A DNA stretch of 64,000 nucleotides from an uncultured Gemmatimonadales bacterium (GTDB lineage: Bacteria; Gemmatimonadota; Gemmatimonadetes; Longimicrobiales; RSA9). Positions 28,102 to 37,700 of this stretch are shown here, piece by piece. Within the stretch, counting starts at the first letter, position 1. Every line of letters begins with the position of its first letter. Location of the stretch: NCBI GenBank assembly GCA_963798085.1, contig CAWCRS010000007.1, positions 800,001 to 864,000 of the forward strand, read 5' to 3'. Position numbers and translations under genes: made by a program. The notes beneath the pieces were generated by a model. The model was not told where the DNA came from. It did no database searches and saw only the letters and a program-made list of their open reading frames with translations.

Positions 28102-28408
28102 GTCATGCAATTCTCCGCGATGCCGCACGCTGCGCGAAGGCGATCGCGGGAGCCACAGGAGAGGGCGCGCCCGTGCGGCACGCCCCGTGACGGCGGAGTC
28201 TATGGACCCCATCCGGGGTTGTCCAGCCGGTTTGCGGCGCGGCGCAGCGACCGGGCGCGGGACTGGCCGCTGCGCTGAATCCACTGCCTCGCGAAGTGCG
28301 CAGGGCGACGACGTTGCCGTAGCGAGAGCACGCCGCCGCACGCAATGTTGCAGTCCGGCCGGGCGCACGCATTCGCCGGTCGGCGCGACCCGCAGAGGGA
28401 GAGCAACC

Positions 28409-28702
28409 GTGGATCCGAACTTCGCTCCAATGCTGCTGGGCATGACGATCGTCGTGGTCACCGGCGCCGTGCTCCTGCTCCGTCCGATCAGCAAGCGGCT
28501 GGGCTCGTACCTCGAGGCGCTTGCCAGCGAGAAGCGCGCCCCGCGCCCATTGCTCGAGCCGCAGATCCGCGACACGCTCGATCGCATCGAGGAACGACTC
28601 CGTCTGATCGAGGAGCGACAGGATTTCACGGACGCGCTGCTGCGACGCGAAACACCGCGTGCGGAACTGCCGCCACGCACGCGCCCGCCCGCCGAAGGCT
28701 AG
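28409..28702 (+). CDS. Small membrane-anchored coiled-coil hypothetical protein
   Basis: GGAG RBS and GTG start; one TM helix, then DRIEERLRLIEERQDFTDALL. Confidence 0.7.
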   Translation: MDPNFAPMLLGMTIVVVTGAVLLLRPISKRLGSYLEALASEKRAPRPLLEPQIRDTLDRIEERLRLIEERQDFTDALLRRETPRAELPPRTRPPAEG

Positions 28703-28796
28703 CGCCGCGGCCGGCCGCGCGGGATGTTAGATTGCCGCAGGTCGTGAGCACGGCCTGCCGGCACGCGCCGGTTTCCTCGATCCACACCACGATCCG

Positions 28797-29471
28797 ATGA
28801 GCCCCCACAGCAACGAGGCAGCGGACCGGATGCGCGCTCCACGCACGCGCGGCAGCCGGCTCGCGCGCATGCGTGCGGCCTGCACGCTGGCCGCTCTCCT
28901 TCTGCCCGCGGGCTGCGGCGCGGCATCCAGCGCGAGCGCCAGCAACCTGCGCGGCACCGTGCTGCCGCAACCCATCGAGAAGCACGATTTCACGCTCACG
29001 GACACGAAAGGCAATGCGTTCCATTTCCGCCAGGCAACCGATGGCTACCTCACACTGCTCTTCTTCGGCTACACGAGCTGCCCCAATGTCTGTCCCGTGC
29101 ACATGGCGAACATCGGCGCCGTGCTGCAACGCTTTCCCGCGGAAACACGGGAGCGCGTGAAGGTGGTCTTCGTGAGCACGGATCCGGCGCGCGACACGCC
29201 CGGGCGAATTCGCTCCTGGCTGGACACGTTCGACACCGATTTCATCGGATTGCGCGGCGACACGGCCGAAGTCAACCGCATCATGGGCCTCTACTTTCTG
29301 CCATCCGCCGAGCCCGAGCCGCCGGGGAAGGATGGCGGCTACATCGTAGGTCACGCCGCGCACGTGATCGCGTTCACACCGGACAACCAGGCGCACGTGC
29401 TGTATCCTTTCGGCACGCGCCAGGACGACTGGCAGCACGACATCCCGGTCCTGCTCGGGGCGCACTGGTGA
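28797..29471 (+). CDS. SCO1/SenC family copper chaperone (lipoprotein)
   Basis: FFGYTSCPNVCP, STDPARDT, conserved His (VGHAA). Start may lie further downstream. Confidence 0.92.
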   Translation: MSPHSNEAADRMRAPRTRGSRLARMRAACTLAALLLPAGCGAASSASASNLRGTVLPQPIEKHDFTLTDTKGNAFHFRQATDGYLTLLFFGYTSCPNVCPVHMANIGAVLQRFPAETRERVKVVFVSTDPARDTPGRIRSWLDTFDTDFIGLRGDTAEVNRIMGLYFLPSAEPEPPGKDGGYIVGHAAHVIAFTPDNQAHVLYPFGTRQDDWQHDIPVLLGAHW

Positions 29472-29487
29472 TGGGCGGACGCAGCTG

Positions 29488-30324
29488 ATGCGCTGGTGGT
29501 GCTCGGCCGTGGGCGTGCCCTGGTCCTGGGTGTGGCGGCCCTACGCCGGCGTATGGCTGCTGCTGCTGGCCGCAAGCGTGCTCTACCTGGCGCGGGCGAA
29601 GCGCAGCCGCACTAACAACGGATTGCAGGCGACGACACGGCCCGGACTCTTCTTCGCGGGGTTGTTCCTGGTCTGGGCCGCACTCGACTGGCCCATCGGC
29701 ACGCTGGCCGGCTACCTCGCCAGCCTGCACATGACGCAGTTCCTGCTGCTCACCATGGCTGCGCCGCCGCTGCTGCTGCTGGGCTGGCCGCGGGCGCCCG
29801 CGGCTCCTGCCGGACCGCTGCGCCGGCTGCTGCACCAGCCCGTGCTGACGCTGATCGTGTTCAGCGCCATCGTCGTGCTCACGCACCTGCCCGTCGTGAC
29901 CGATGGACTCATGCCCTCGCAGCCGGGCTCGTTCGCCATTGACCTCGGCTGGCTGGGCGGCGGGCTGCTGTTCTGGAGTCCGCTGCTCTCGCGCGACGCA
30001 CCCGCCTGGTTCGGGCCGCCCGTGCGCATGACCTACCTGTTTGCCGACATGGTGCTCATGACCGCGCCGGGCGCCATGATCACGTTCAGCGATCTGCCCA
30101 TCTATGCGACGTACGAACTGGCGCCACCCATTCCCGGCATCAACCCCATCGACGATCAGCGCCTTGCCGGCCTCATCATGCGTCTGGGCGTGGCGCTCGT
30201 TTCCTGGCTGGCCATCAGCATCATGTTCCTGCGCTGGAACCGCGCCGAGGAACGACTGATGGAAGAGGAAGCGCGCGCCCTCGGCGCGGAGTCAGCGCGT
30301 GCCGTCCCGGGCGGCGATAACTGA
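29488..30324 (+). CDS. Cytochrome c oxidase assembly factor (Caa3_CtaG family)
   Basis: HMTQFLLL..APPLLLLG, DDQRLAGLIM; multiple TM helices; adjacent to SCO. Confidence 0.82.
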   Translation: MRWWCSAVGVPWSWVWRPYAGVWLLLLAASVLYLARAKRSRTNNGLQATTRPGLFFAGLFLVWAALDWPIGTLAGYLASLHMTQFLLLTMAAPPLLLLGWPRAPAAPAGPLRRLLHQPVLTLIVFSAIVVLTHLPVVTDGLMPSQPGSFAIDLGWLGGGLLFWSPLLSRDAPAWFGPPVRMTYLFADMVLMTAPGAMITFSDLPIYATYELAPPIPGINPIDDQRLAGLIMRLGVALVSWLAISIMFLRWNRAEERLMEEEARALGAESARAVPGGDN

Positions 30325-31893
30325 CGGTTCCGGTACCCGGACCGTCGCGTTCGCTGCGCGCCAGGCATCGAACCAGCGCAGGAAGCCTTCCGCAGCAGCT
30401 TCCGAGTAGAGTACGGGCGTGCCGCCGGCCGCGCGCACCCAAGCGGCATCGCGCTGCTCGAAGACGCGCACCAGCACCCTTACCCCACGCGCGTACTCGA
30501 GCAGCCGCCGGTTGTCTTCCGGGCGGCGGATGGTGGAAGAGATCACGCGCGCTGCCTGCGCGTTCGCCGATTGCAGCACGAGGAGATCGGACGCCTCGCC
30601 GCGGATGTGCGGCACATTGGCCGCGCGCAGGGCCGCGATCACCGCCGGATCATCGTCCACGGCGAGCACCGTCTGACTGGCGGCCAGCAGCGTCTCCAGC
30701 AGCGGCATGCCGGTAGTACCGGCGCCCAGCAGCAGCACGTGGTCCCTCGCCGGCAGCGCTGCAAAGGGCCTGCGCCGCCCCGGATACCAGCGCAGCAGCC
30801 GCCACACCACGCGGTCCGCCACTAACAGCGGTGTTAGCGCCATGGTGAGCACGGTGACCAGCACGATCACCGTGAAGACGCGCGGCGCGATCTGCTGCGC
30901 CAGCATGCCCTGCAGGCCGACCACGAGCGAGATCTCGCTGGTCTGCGACAGCAGCAGGCCGCTCTCCAGCGCGGCGCGCGTGGAGAAGCCGCGGCGCACT
31001 GCCAGCAGCGTGACCAGCGGCGTCGTCACCACCACCACGAGGACGGCCAGCAGCAGCGCGTGCAGCAGATCGCTCGCCGCCGGGACGGCCAGCGCGCCCA
31101 GCGCCGTGAAGAAGATGGCCGCAAAGAAATCGCCGATGGACTGGAGCTGCGGGCGTACCACGACATTGACCGGGAAACGCGCCAGCGACACGCCCGCCAG
31201 GAATGCGCCCACCACACCGGGCAGTCCCAGCGCGCGGGCCAGCGCCACGAACAGGAAGGGCGTGGCCAGCGCCACCAGCAGAGTCAGGTCTTCGTCGTGC
31301 GCCAGTCGCAGCAAACGCGGTGTTACCAGGTGCAGCCACAGGTACGCCACCACCAGCGCGCCCAGGCCGGCCAGCGAGCCGCGCAGCACGGCGCCGCCGC
31401 CCGCCGGCATGCGCATCACGGCCGGAATCAGGAGCACCACGAGGATGTCCTGCAGCAGCAGCACGCCCAGCACGAGACGGGCGCCCGGCTCGAACAGCCT
31501 GGCCCGCCGCTGCAGCAGCCGCACCACGACGTGCGTGGAGCTGGCCGTGAGCGCCAGTCCCAGATACAGCGCGCTGAGCGCATCGTACCGCAGGGCCAGG
31601 GCGGCCAGGAAGCCGGCCGCGCCCAGCACGAAGAACTGCACCACGCCCACACGCAATGCGGCGGGCCACTGCATGCGCACGCGACCGGCATCCAGCTCGA
31701 CGCCGGCCACGAAGACGAGGAAGGTCACGCCCAGTACCAGCGCGTCCTCCAGCAATGGCGCCGGCACCAGCCCGGTGCGCGCCAGCAGCACGCCACAGAG
31801 AATCAGCAGCGGCAGCGATGGCAAACGCGTGCGCAGCGCCAGAACGTGTCCCAGCGCGGCCGCCAGCAGCAGGGCGGCGATGCCGCCGATCAC
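30292..31893 (-). CDS. CPA2 cation:proton antiporter with TrkA-N/KTN domain
   Basis: ASSTHVV, LLLQDI, GAFLAG, SQTSEISL and a C-terminal GAGTTG Rossmann motif. Confidence 0.88.
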   Translation of the reverse strand: MIGGIAALLLAAALGHVLALRTRLPSLPLLILCGVLLARTGLVPAPLLEDALVLGVTFLVFVAGVELDAGRVRMQWPAALRVGVVQFFVLGAAGFLAALALRYDALSALYLGLALTASSTHVVVRLLQRRARLFEPGARLVLGVLLLQDILVVLLIPAVMRMPAGGGAVLRGSLAGLGALVVAYLWLHLVTPRLLRLAHDEDLTLLVALATPFLFVALARALGLPGVVGAFLAGVSLARFPVNVVVRPQLQSIGDFFAAIFFTALGALAVPAASDLLHALLLAVLVVVVTTPLVTLLAVRRGFSTRAALESGLLLSQTSEISLVVGLQGMLAQQIAPRVFTVIVLVTVLTMALTPLLVADRVVWRLLRWYPGRRRPFAALPARDHVLLLGAGTTGMPLLETLLAASQTVLAVDDDPAVIAALRAANVPHIRGEASDLLVLQSANAQAARVISSTIRRPEDNRRLLEYARGVRVLVRVFEQRDAAWVRAAGGTPVLYSEAAAEGFLRWFDAWRAANATVRVPEPSVIAARDGTR

Positions 31894-33509
31894 GCGATCA
31901 CTCCCGCGTCCCGCAGTGCGCCCGCCATCTGCCGGATGCCATCGTGTTTGGAGACCATCAGGCAGGCCACATCCAGCGCGCGCAGCTGTTCACTCATCAG
32001 ACCGTCGAACGCGTGAATGGCGCAGGGCACGCCGGCTTCGCGACAGCGCCACGCCAGCAGGTTGTTGGCATCTTCGATCTTGAGCGTCGAGATGAGCAGC
32101 TTCGCGGTGGGCAGATCGGCGTCGCGCAGCAGGCTGCTGTGCTCCGCGCTGCCCTCCAGCGTCTCCGCGGAAAGGTCGCGCAGTTTGCCCGCATCCGTGT
32201 CGATCGCCAGCACGGTTTCGCCGCGCGCCGCCAGCTCGCGCACCAGCATCAGACCAAGCGTGTTCAGGCCTACGATGATGATGTGCCCGCGCCGTCGCGT
32301 CTGCGGCTGGACCCCTTCGGGATGGGCGCGCAGCAGCCGCAGCGCGCCGGCGCGCAGCGCGGCGTCGTATACGGCGTCACCATGCTGGATGCCGAGCGCA
32401 GACAACGCGATGGAGATGAGTCCCACGGCGGCCAGCACGGCCAGCGTTTCCGCGCGGATCCAGCCGTCGCGCACGCCCAGCGCTGCCAGGAGGAACGAGA
32501 ACTCGCTCACCTGCGCCAGCGTGAGCGCGGTCAGGAACGCGCTGCGCGAACCCTGCCGCAGCCTCGCCAGCAAGGCCAGCAGCACGCCCGGCTTGAGCAG
32601 CAGCACGAACAGCGTGAGCACCAGCACGAGCCAGGGACGGCGCAGCGCAGCGGCGGGATCCATCTGCGCGCCCAGCGCCACGAAGAACACCGCCATGAAG
32701 AAGCCTGCCAGCGGCTGCACGCGCCGGCGCAGCTCGTGTGTGTGCGGCAGCTGCGCCAGTGTGACGCCGGCAATGAACGCACCGATCTCGACGGAAAGTC
32801 CCGCCGCGGCAGCGCCCGCCATGTAGAGGAAACACCAGGCCAGACTGCACACGAACAGCGCTTCCGGTGCCGCCGCCAGCCAGGTGAAGAGACGTACCAG
32901 CACCATGCGCACCAGCACCCAGCCGCCCAGCAGCAGCAGCGTCATTCCTGCGAAGGCGACTACCAGATCGTGCGCTACTCCATCCGCCGCGCCGGCGCGA
33001 CCCAGCCCGGCCGACAGCGTGAGTGACAACAAGGCGAGCAGGTCCTGCAGCAGCAGCACGCCCAGAGCGAGACGGCCGTGCAACGTCTGCAGCTCGCCCC
33101 GCCGGCCCAGCAGATCCAGCGCCACGACCGTGCTGCTGAACGTCAGCCCCGCTGCCAGCACGAGCGCGTCCGCGACAGGCAGGCCGAACAGACGCGCGAG
33201 CGCATAGCCGCCACCCGCGCTGAGCAGCGCCTGGCCCAACCCGGCCAGAACGGCGATGCGTCCGACATCGCGCACGGTGCTCAGTCGCAGCTCGAGACCC
33301 ACGAGGAAGAGCAGCAGCGCAATGCCGGCTTCCGAGAGCAGCGCGACGTGCTCGGTGACTCGCACCAGGCCACCCAGCGGACCGAGAATCACGCCCGCCA
33401 CCATCCATGCCAGCAGTGCCGGCACGCGCACGGCTCGCGCCAGCAGACCGGCCGCCGCGGCCGCCACCACGGCAAGTCCCACTTCCCGCAGGATCAGGAA
33501 CTCGTCCAT
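31890..33509 (-). CDS. CPA2 cation:proton antiporter with TrkA-N/KTN domain (paralog)
   Basis: LLFLVGLE, FSSTVV, LLLQDL, GAFIAG, QVSEFS, VGLNTLG; stop overlaps the next start. Confidence 0.9.
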   Translation of the reverse strand: MDEFLILREVGLAVVAAAAAGLLARAVRVPALLAWMVAGVILGPLGGLVRVTEHVALLSEAGIALLLFLVGLELRLSTVRDVGRIAVLAGLGQALLSAGGGYALARLFGLPVADALVLAAGLTFSSTVVALDLLGRRGELQTLHGRLALGVLLLQDLLALLSLTLSAGLGRAGAADGVAHDLVVAFAGMTLLLLGGWVLVRMVLVRLFTWLAAAPEALFVCSLAWCFLYMAGAAAAGLSVEIGAFIAGVTLAQLPHTHELRRRVQPLAGFFMAVFFVALGAQMDPAAALRRPWLVLVLTLFVLLLKPGVLLALLARLRQGSRSAFLTALTLAQVSEFSFLLAALGVRDGWIRAETLAVLAAVGLISIALSALGIQHGDAVYDAALRAGALRLLRAHPEGVQPQTRRRGHIIIVGLNTLGLMLVRELAARGETVLAIDTDAGKLRDLSAETLEGSAEHSSLLRDADLPTAKLLISTLKIEDANNLLAWRCREAGVPCAIHAFDGLMSEQLRALDVACLMVSKHDGIRQMAGALRDAGVIA

Positions 33510-33801
33510 TCCCGTTCGAGTTGGTTGCTCATCGAGCGCAACGCGCTGCCTTGCGGCAGTGGCAGCAAGCGGCGACGCTTCGGCGACACGCGGACAACAG
33601 GTACGGGAATCGCCGACTGCCTCCCTCCTGAAGCGAGGGCAACGTAGTTGCGATTCCCCGGAGCAGCCAGCACACCAAACCACGGCTTTCAGGTCGCGTA
33701 GAAAGGAACGACGGAGCCGGTTCATGGCGAGCGGTCGGTGCTGCGCCGGCGGGATGAGGCCCCGCACGCAGCTGCATCGCACCACACGGGAGGGAAAACA
33801 A

Positions 33802-34530
33802 ATGCTGCGCAGAATCGTGAGGACCTGCCTGACAACCGGCGCGCTTTTCGCCGCCGCGACGGGTGCGCGTGCCCAGACGGACATGCCATACAAGCCATTG
33901 CACGCCCGCGCCAGCGGGGGACTGCTCATTGCCAGCCCGGTGGGCGAATTCAACGACTACGTCGGCACCGGCTGGGGATTGGGAGGCACCTTCATCCTGC
34001 ACCTGGACCGCGCCGGCATCATCGGGTTGCGCGCGGACGCGGGCTTCCTGAACTACGGCAACGAGAAGCGCCAGGTCTGTCTGAGCGAAACCGTGGGCTG
34101 CCGTATCCAGGTGGACCTGACCACCAGCAATAACATCGTGTTTGGGAGCATCGGTCCCGAGCTGACCGCGCCGGCCGGACCGGTGCAGCCCTACGTCAAC
34201 GCCTCCATCGGATTCTCGTATTTCGCCACGACATCGTCGCTTCACGGCAGCAACAACTCGGGGAGCGATCCCATCGCCAGCACCACCAACTTCGACGATG
34301 GTACATTCGCCTGGCAGGCCGGGGGCGGGCTGCGCGTGCCCATCACTGCCGGACGACTCCCCGTGCAGCTCGACGTCGGGGCCCGCTACCACGACAACGG
34401 CCGCGTACAGTACCTGACCAGGGGCAGCATTACCGACAATCCGGACGGCTCCATCACCCTGCATCCGCTGGACAGCCAGACCAATCTGGTCACCTTCCTG
34501 ATCGGCGTCTCGCTGGGCGTGCGCTGGTAG
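33802..34530 (+). CDS. Small outer-membrane beta-barrel protein
   Basis: GGAGG RBS, signal peptide, alternating beta-strands, terminal aromatic residue (GVSLGVRW). Confidence 0.75.
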   Translation: MLRRIVRTCLTTGALFAAATGARAQTDMPYKPLHARASGGLLIASPVGEFNDYVGTGWGLGGTFILHLDRAGIIGLRADAGFLNYGNEKRQVCLSETVGCRIQVDLTTSNNIVFGSIGPELTAPAGPVQPYVNASIGFSYFATTSSLHGSNNSGSDPIASTTNFDDGTFAWQAGGGLRVPITAGRLPVQLDVGARYHDNGRVQYLTRGSITDNPDGSITLHPLDSQTNLVTFLIGVSLGVRW

Positions 34531-34538
34531 CGAACGGT

Positions 34539-34567
34539 GCGGGCGGCCTGCGGGGCCGCCCGCTTTT
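34539..34567 (+). terminator. Rho-independent terminator
   Basis: GCGGGCGGCC-loop-GGCCGCCCGC-TTTT. Confidence 0.75.
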
Positions 34568-34658
34568 CGGCGGCCCGCCTGTCCGTGCGCGCGCACACTG
34601 ACAACTTCCTGCCGCCCCGGTCTGTCCAACCCTGCAGACCTCGCTTCCCGGAGTACGC

Positions 34659-37095
34659 ATGGACCGCTTACGGCAGGACATCCGCCTGGCGCTGCGGCGC
34701 CTTCGGCGCGCGCCCGCCTTCGCCGCGCTGGCGACGCTCACGCTGGCACTCGGCATTGGCGCTAACACCGCGATATTCAGTGTCGTGCGCGGCGTGCTGC
34801 TCGCGCCGCTGCCGTACGGCGGTGTCGATCGCGTGGTCATGCTGTGGAACTCGACAGGGGGCACGCAGCCGAAGTGGATCTCCGAACCGGAAGTCATGGA
34901 TTACCGCGCAGGCGTCAGCAGCCTCGCCGAAGTGGCCGCGTACGACGATGGTTTCGAGAATCTGGCCGGCTCGGGCGAGCCGCAGCGCGTGCAGGCCGCT
35001 CGCGTCACACCCAACCTCTTCGCCGCGCTGGGCGTATCGACAATCCTGGGCCGCGCCATTGCCAGCGAAGAAGGTACGCCCGGCCGCGATGCCGTGCTCG
35101 TGCTCAGCAATGAGCTGTGGCGCAACAGCTTCGGCAGCGATCCCGGCATCATCGGCCGCACCCTGCGCCTCAACGGACTGCCGCGTACGGTGATCGGTGT
35201 GCTGGCGCCCGGTGTGCGTCTGCCAACCGACTTCGCCGATGGCAGAGCCACCGACATTCTGGCTGCCCCTGCCGCTGCGACCCGACAGTCTGGGCGGGCG
35301 AGGCAGCCACTACCTGTTCGGCGTGGGCCGCCTGCGGCCGGGCGCCACCGTGGCGCGCGTCAATGCCGAGTTAGCGGCGGTCGCGGCCGGCTGGGAACGC
35401 GACGGACTGGTGCGCAAGGACAGCCACTTCGGCGCTTTCGCGATTCCCATGACGCAGCACGTCCTGGGCGATGTCCGGCCCACCCTGCTCGTGCTGCTCG
35501 CCGCCGTCGCGTTCGTGCTGCTCATCGCGTGCGCCAACGTGGCCAGTCTCACCCTGGCGAGGTCCAGCGCGCGGCGCCGCGAAGTCGCCGTGCGCGCGTC
35601 GCTGGGCGCTGCCCGCATGCGCATTGTGAGCCAGCTGCTCACGGAAAACCTCATGCTGGCTCTGGTCGGTGGCGCGCTGGGCATCGGCTTCGCATGGGCC
35701 GGTCTGCGCCTGCTCGTGGCACTCGACGCGGCCGCATTGCCTCGCCTCGCGGATGCCAGAGTCGACGCTGTCGTGCTCGTGTTCACGGCGTTCGTAGCCA
35801 TGCTGACCGGCGTGCTCTTCGGGCTCGCACCCGCGCTGCAACTGTCACGCACGAACCTCACGAGCGAGCTGCGCGAAGGCTCGCGCGGTACCACCGCAGG
35901 GCGCAGCCGTTTGCGCTTCCGCCGCGGACTCGTGGCCAGCGAGCTGGCGCTCTCCGTCGTGCTCGTCATTGGCGCCAGCCTCATGGTGCGCAGCCTGCGC
36001 GCGCTGCAGCGCATTCCGCTGGGGTTCGATCCCGATCATGTGCTGACGGTGCGCATGTCGCTGCCGCCCGCCGAATTTGCGTCCGACGCGGACGTGGCCC
36101 GCTTCTACGACCAGCTCGTGCATCGCGTCGGCGCGCTGCCCGGCGTACGCTCCGCCGGCGCGGTGCGCGTGCTGCCCCTGGCCCGCACGATTGGCGACTG
36201 GTCCATCGAAATCGAAGGCTACCAGGCCGCGCCCAACGAAAACCCCAACGGCCGCTGGCAGGTGGTAACACCCGGTTATTTCGAGACCATGGGCGTGAAG
36301 CTGCTGGCCGGCCGCTTCATCAACGATGGCGATCGCGCCGACGCGCTGCCGGTCGTCGTGATCAATCACACCATGGCGGAGGCCTACTGGCCGCACCAGG
36401 ATCCGCTGGGCAAGCGCTTCCGCTTCCCCGGCCGCGATGTCTGGAGCACGGTCGTCGGTGTGGTGCAGGACGAACGGAACAATGGCGTGACCGAAGCGCC
36501 GCGCACCGAGATGTACCACCCCCACGACCAGTACCGGCTGGCGCCCGGCTTCTCGCCGCGCGAGATGACACTGCTGCTGAAGACCACCGGCGATCCGCTG
36601 GGCATGGCCGCGCAGGTGCGTCGCGAGATCCAGGCGCTGGACGCCAGCCTGCCCGTTTCCGACGTGCGCTCGATGGAGCAGGTCGCGGCCGGCGCGCTGT
36701 CGCAGCCCACCTTCACTTCCGCACTGCTCGGCATTTTCGCCAGCGTGGCGCTCCTGCTCGCCGCCATCGGCATCTACGGTGTCGTGTCGCACGGCGTGGC
36801 GCAGCGCCGCCAGGAAATCGGACTGCGCATGGCGCTGGGCGCCGATCGCGCCTCCGTGCTGCGCATGATCGTCACGCAGGACGCGCTCACCACCGGTATC
36901 GGCATTGCCTCCGGCATCATTGCGGCGCTGTTCCTCACGCGCTTCATGCAGTCCCTGCTCTACGGCGTGGGCCGGCTGGACCCGCTGACCTTCGTGTCCG
37001 TGCCACTGCTGCTCGTGCTGGTTTGCCTGCTCGCCAGCATCGTTCCCGCCGGCCGCGCGACCGCGGTGGATCCGCAGACCGTGCTCAATTCGTGA
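34659..37095 (+). CDS. MacB/FtsX-like duplicated (ADOP-type) ABC permease, frameshift near 35255
   Basis: LALGIGANTAIFS, LLIACANVASL, RRREVAVRASLGA, QRRQEIGLRMALGA; split across ORFs 34659 and 35197. Confidence 0.88.
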
Positions 37096-37229
37096 TTCCG
37101 GGGGTGGGTTCAGGGGGAGGGCTGCGGCTGGAAGGCAGGACGACGGGCAGGGATGACAGCGAAAGCGTGCGGCTGGCGGCAATGCTGTAAGGCTGTGTTA
37201 AAGCATTTGCGACGAGGGGGCGGGGGCAG

Positions 37230-37534
37230 GGGAGGGGTTGGGTTCAGGGGTCGGACGCGGGCAAGGGCACCCGTTGAGGGGTGGGGTGCGGGAGCGCGGG
37301 TACGGGTGTTCATGCCCGGTTCTTTGCTCGCGGCATCTTCGCGCCGCCTCTCCGACTGCCGTCCTCGGCTGACGCTTCTCCATCGCCGCTCCGGCATCGT
37401 CCCCGGGCCGGCGCCGGCGGTTCTGACAGGCAGAGCGCAGCAGGTCGGGGAGTTTGCGAGGCGTGCAGAAACCCCTCCCGCTCCCCTCAACCCTTGCGGG
37501 TGCCCGCGTCCGACCCCTGAACCCGACCCCTCCC
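37230..37534. repeat. Imperfect inverted repeat (arms about 57 bp) around about 190 bp
   Basis: GGGAGGGGTTGGGTTCAGGGGTCGGACGCGGGCA... (37230-37286) versus ...TGCCCGCGTCCGACCCCTGAACCCGACCCCTCCC (37477-37534); partial copy at about 37100. Confidence 0.85.
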
Positions 37535-37700
37535 ATCACCCTTCCCCCGAAGGACAACGAAGAAGGGGCGCACCCGACGCTCAACCCTGGCTTCCTGACC
37601 CGGTCGCGGATTCTTCACCGGCCGAAGAAGGCCGACGTCGACGGCATTCCCCGGGCACTCTATCTTCCCGAAGAAACAGGGGAATCGCATTCTCGGGAGG

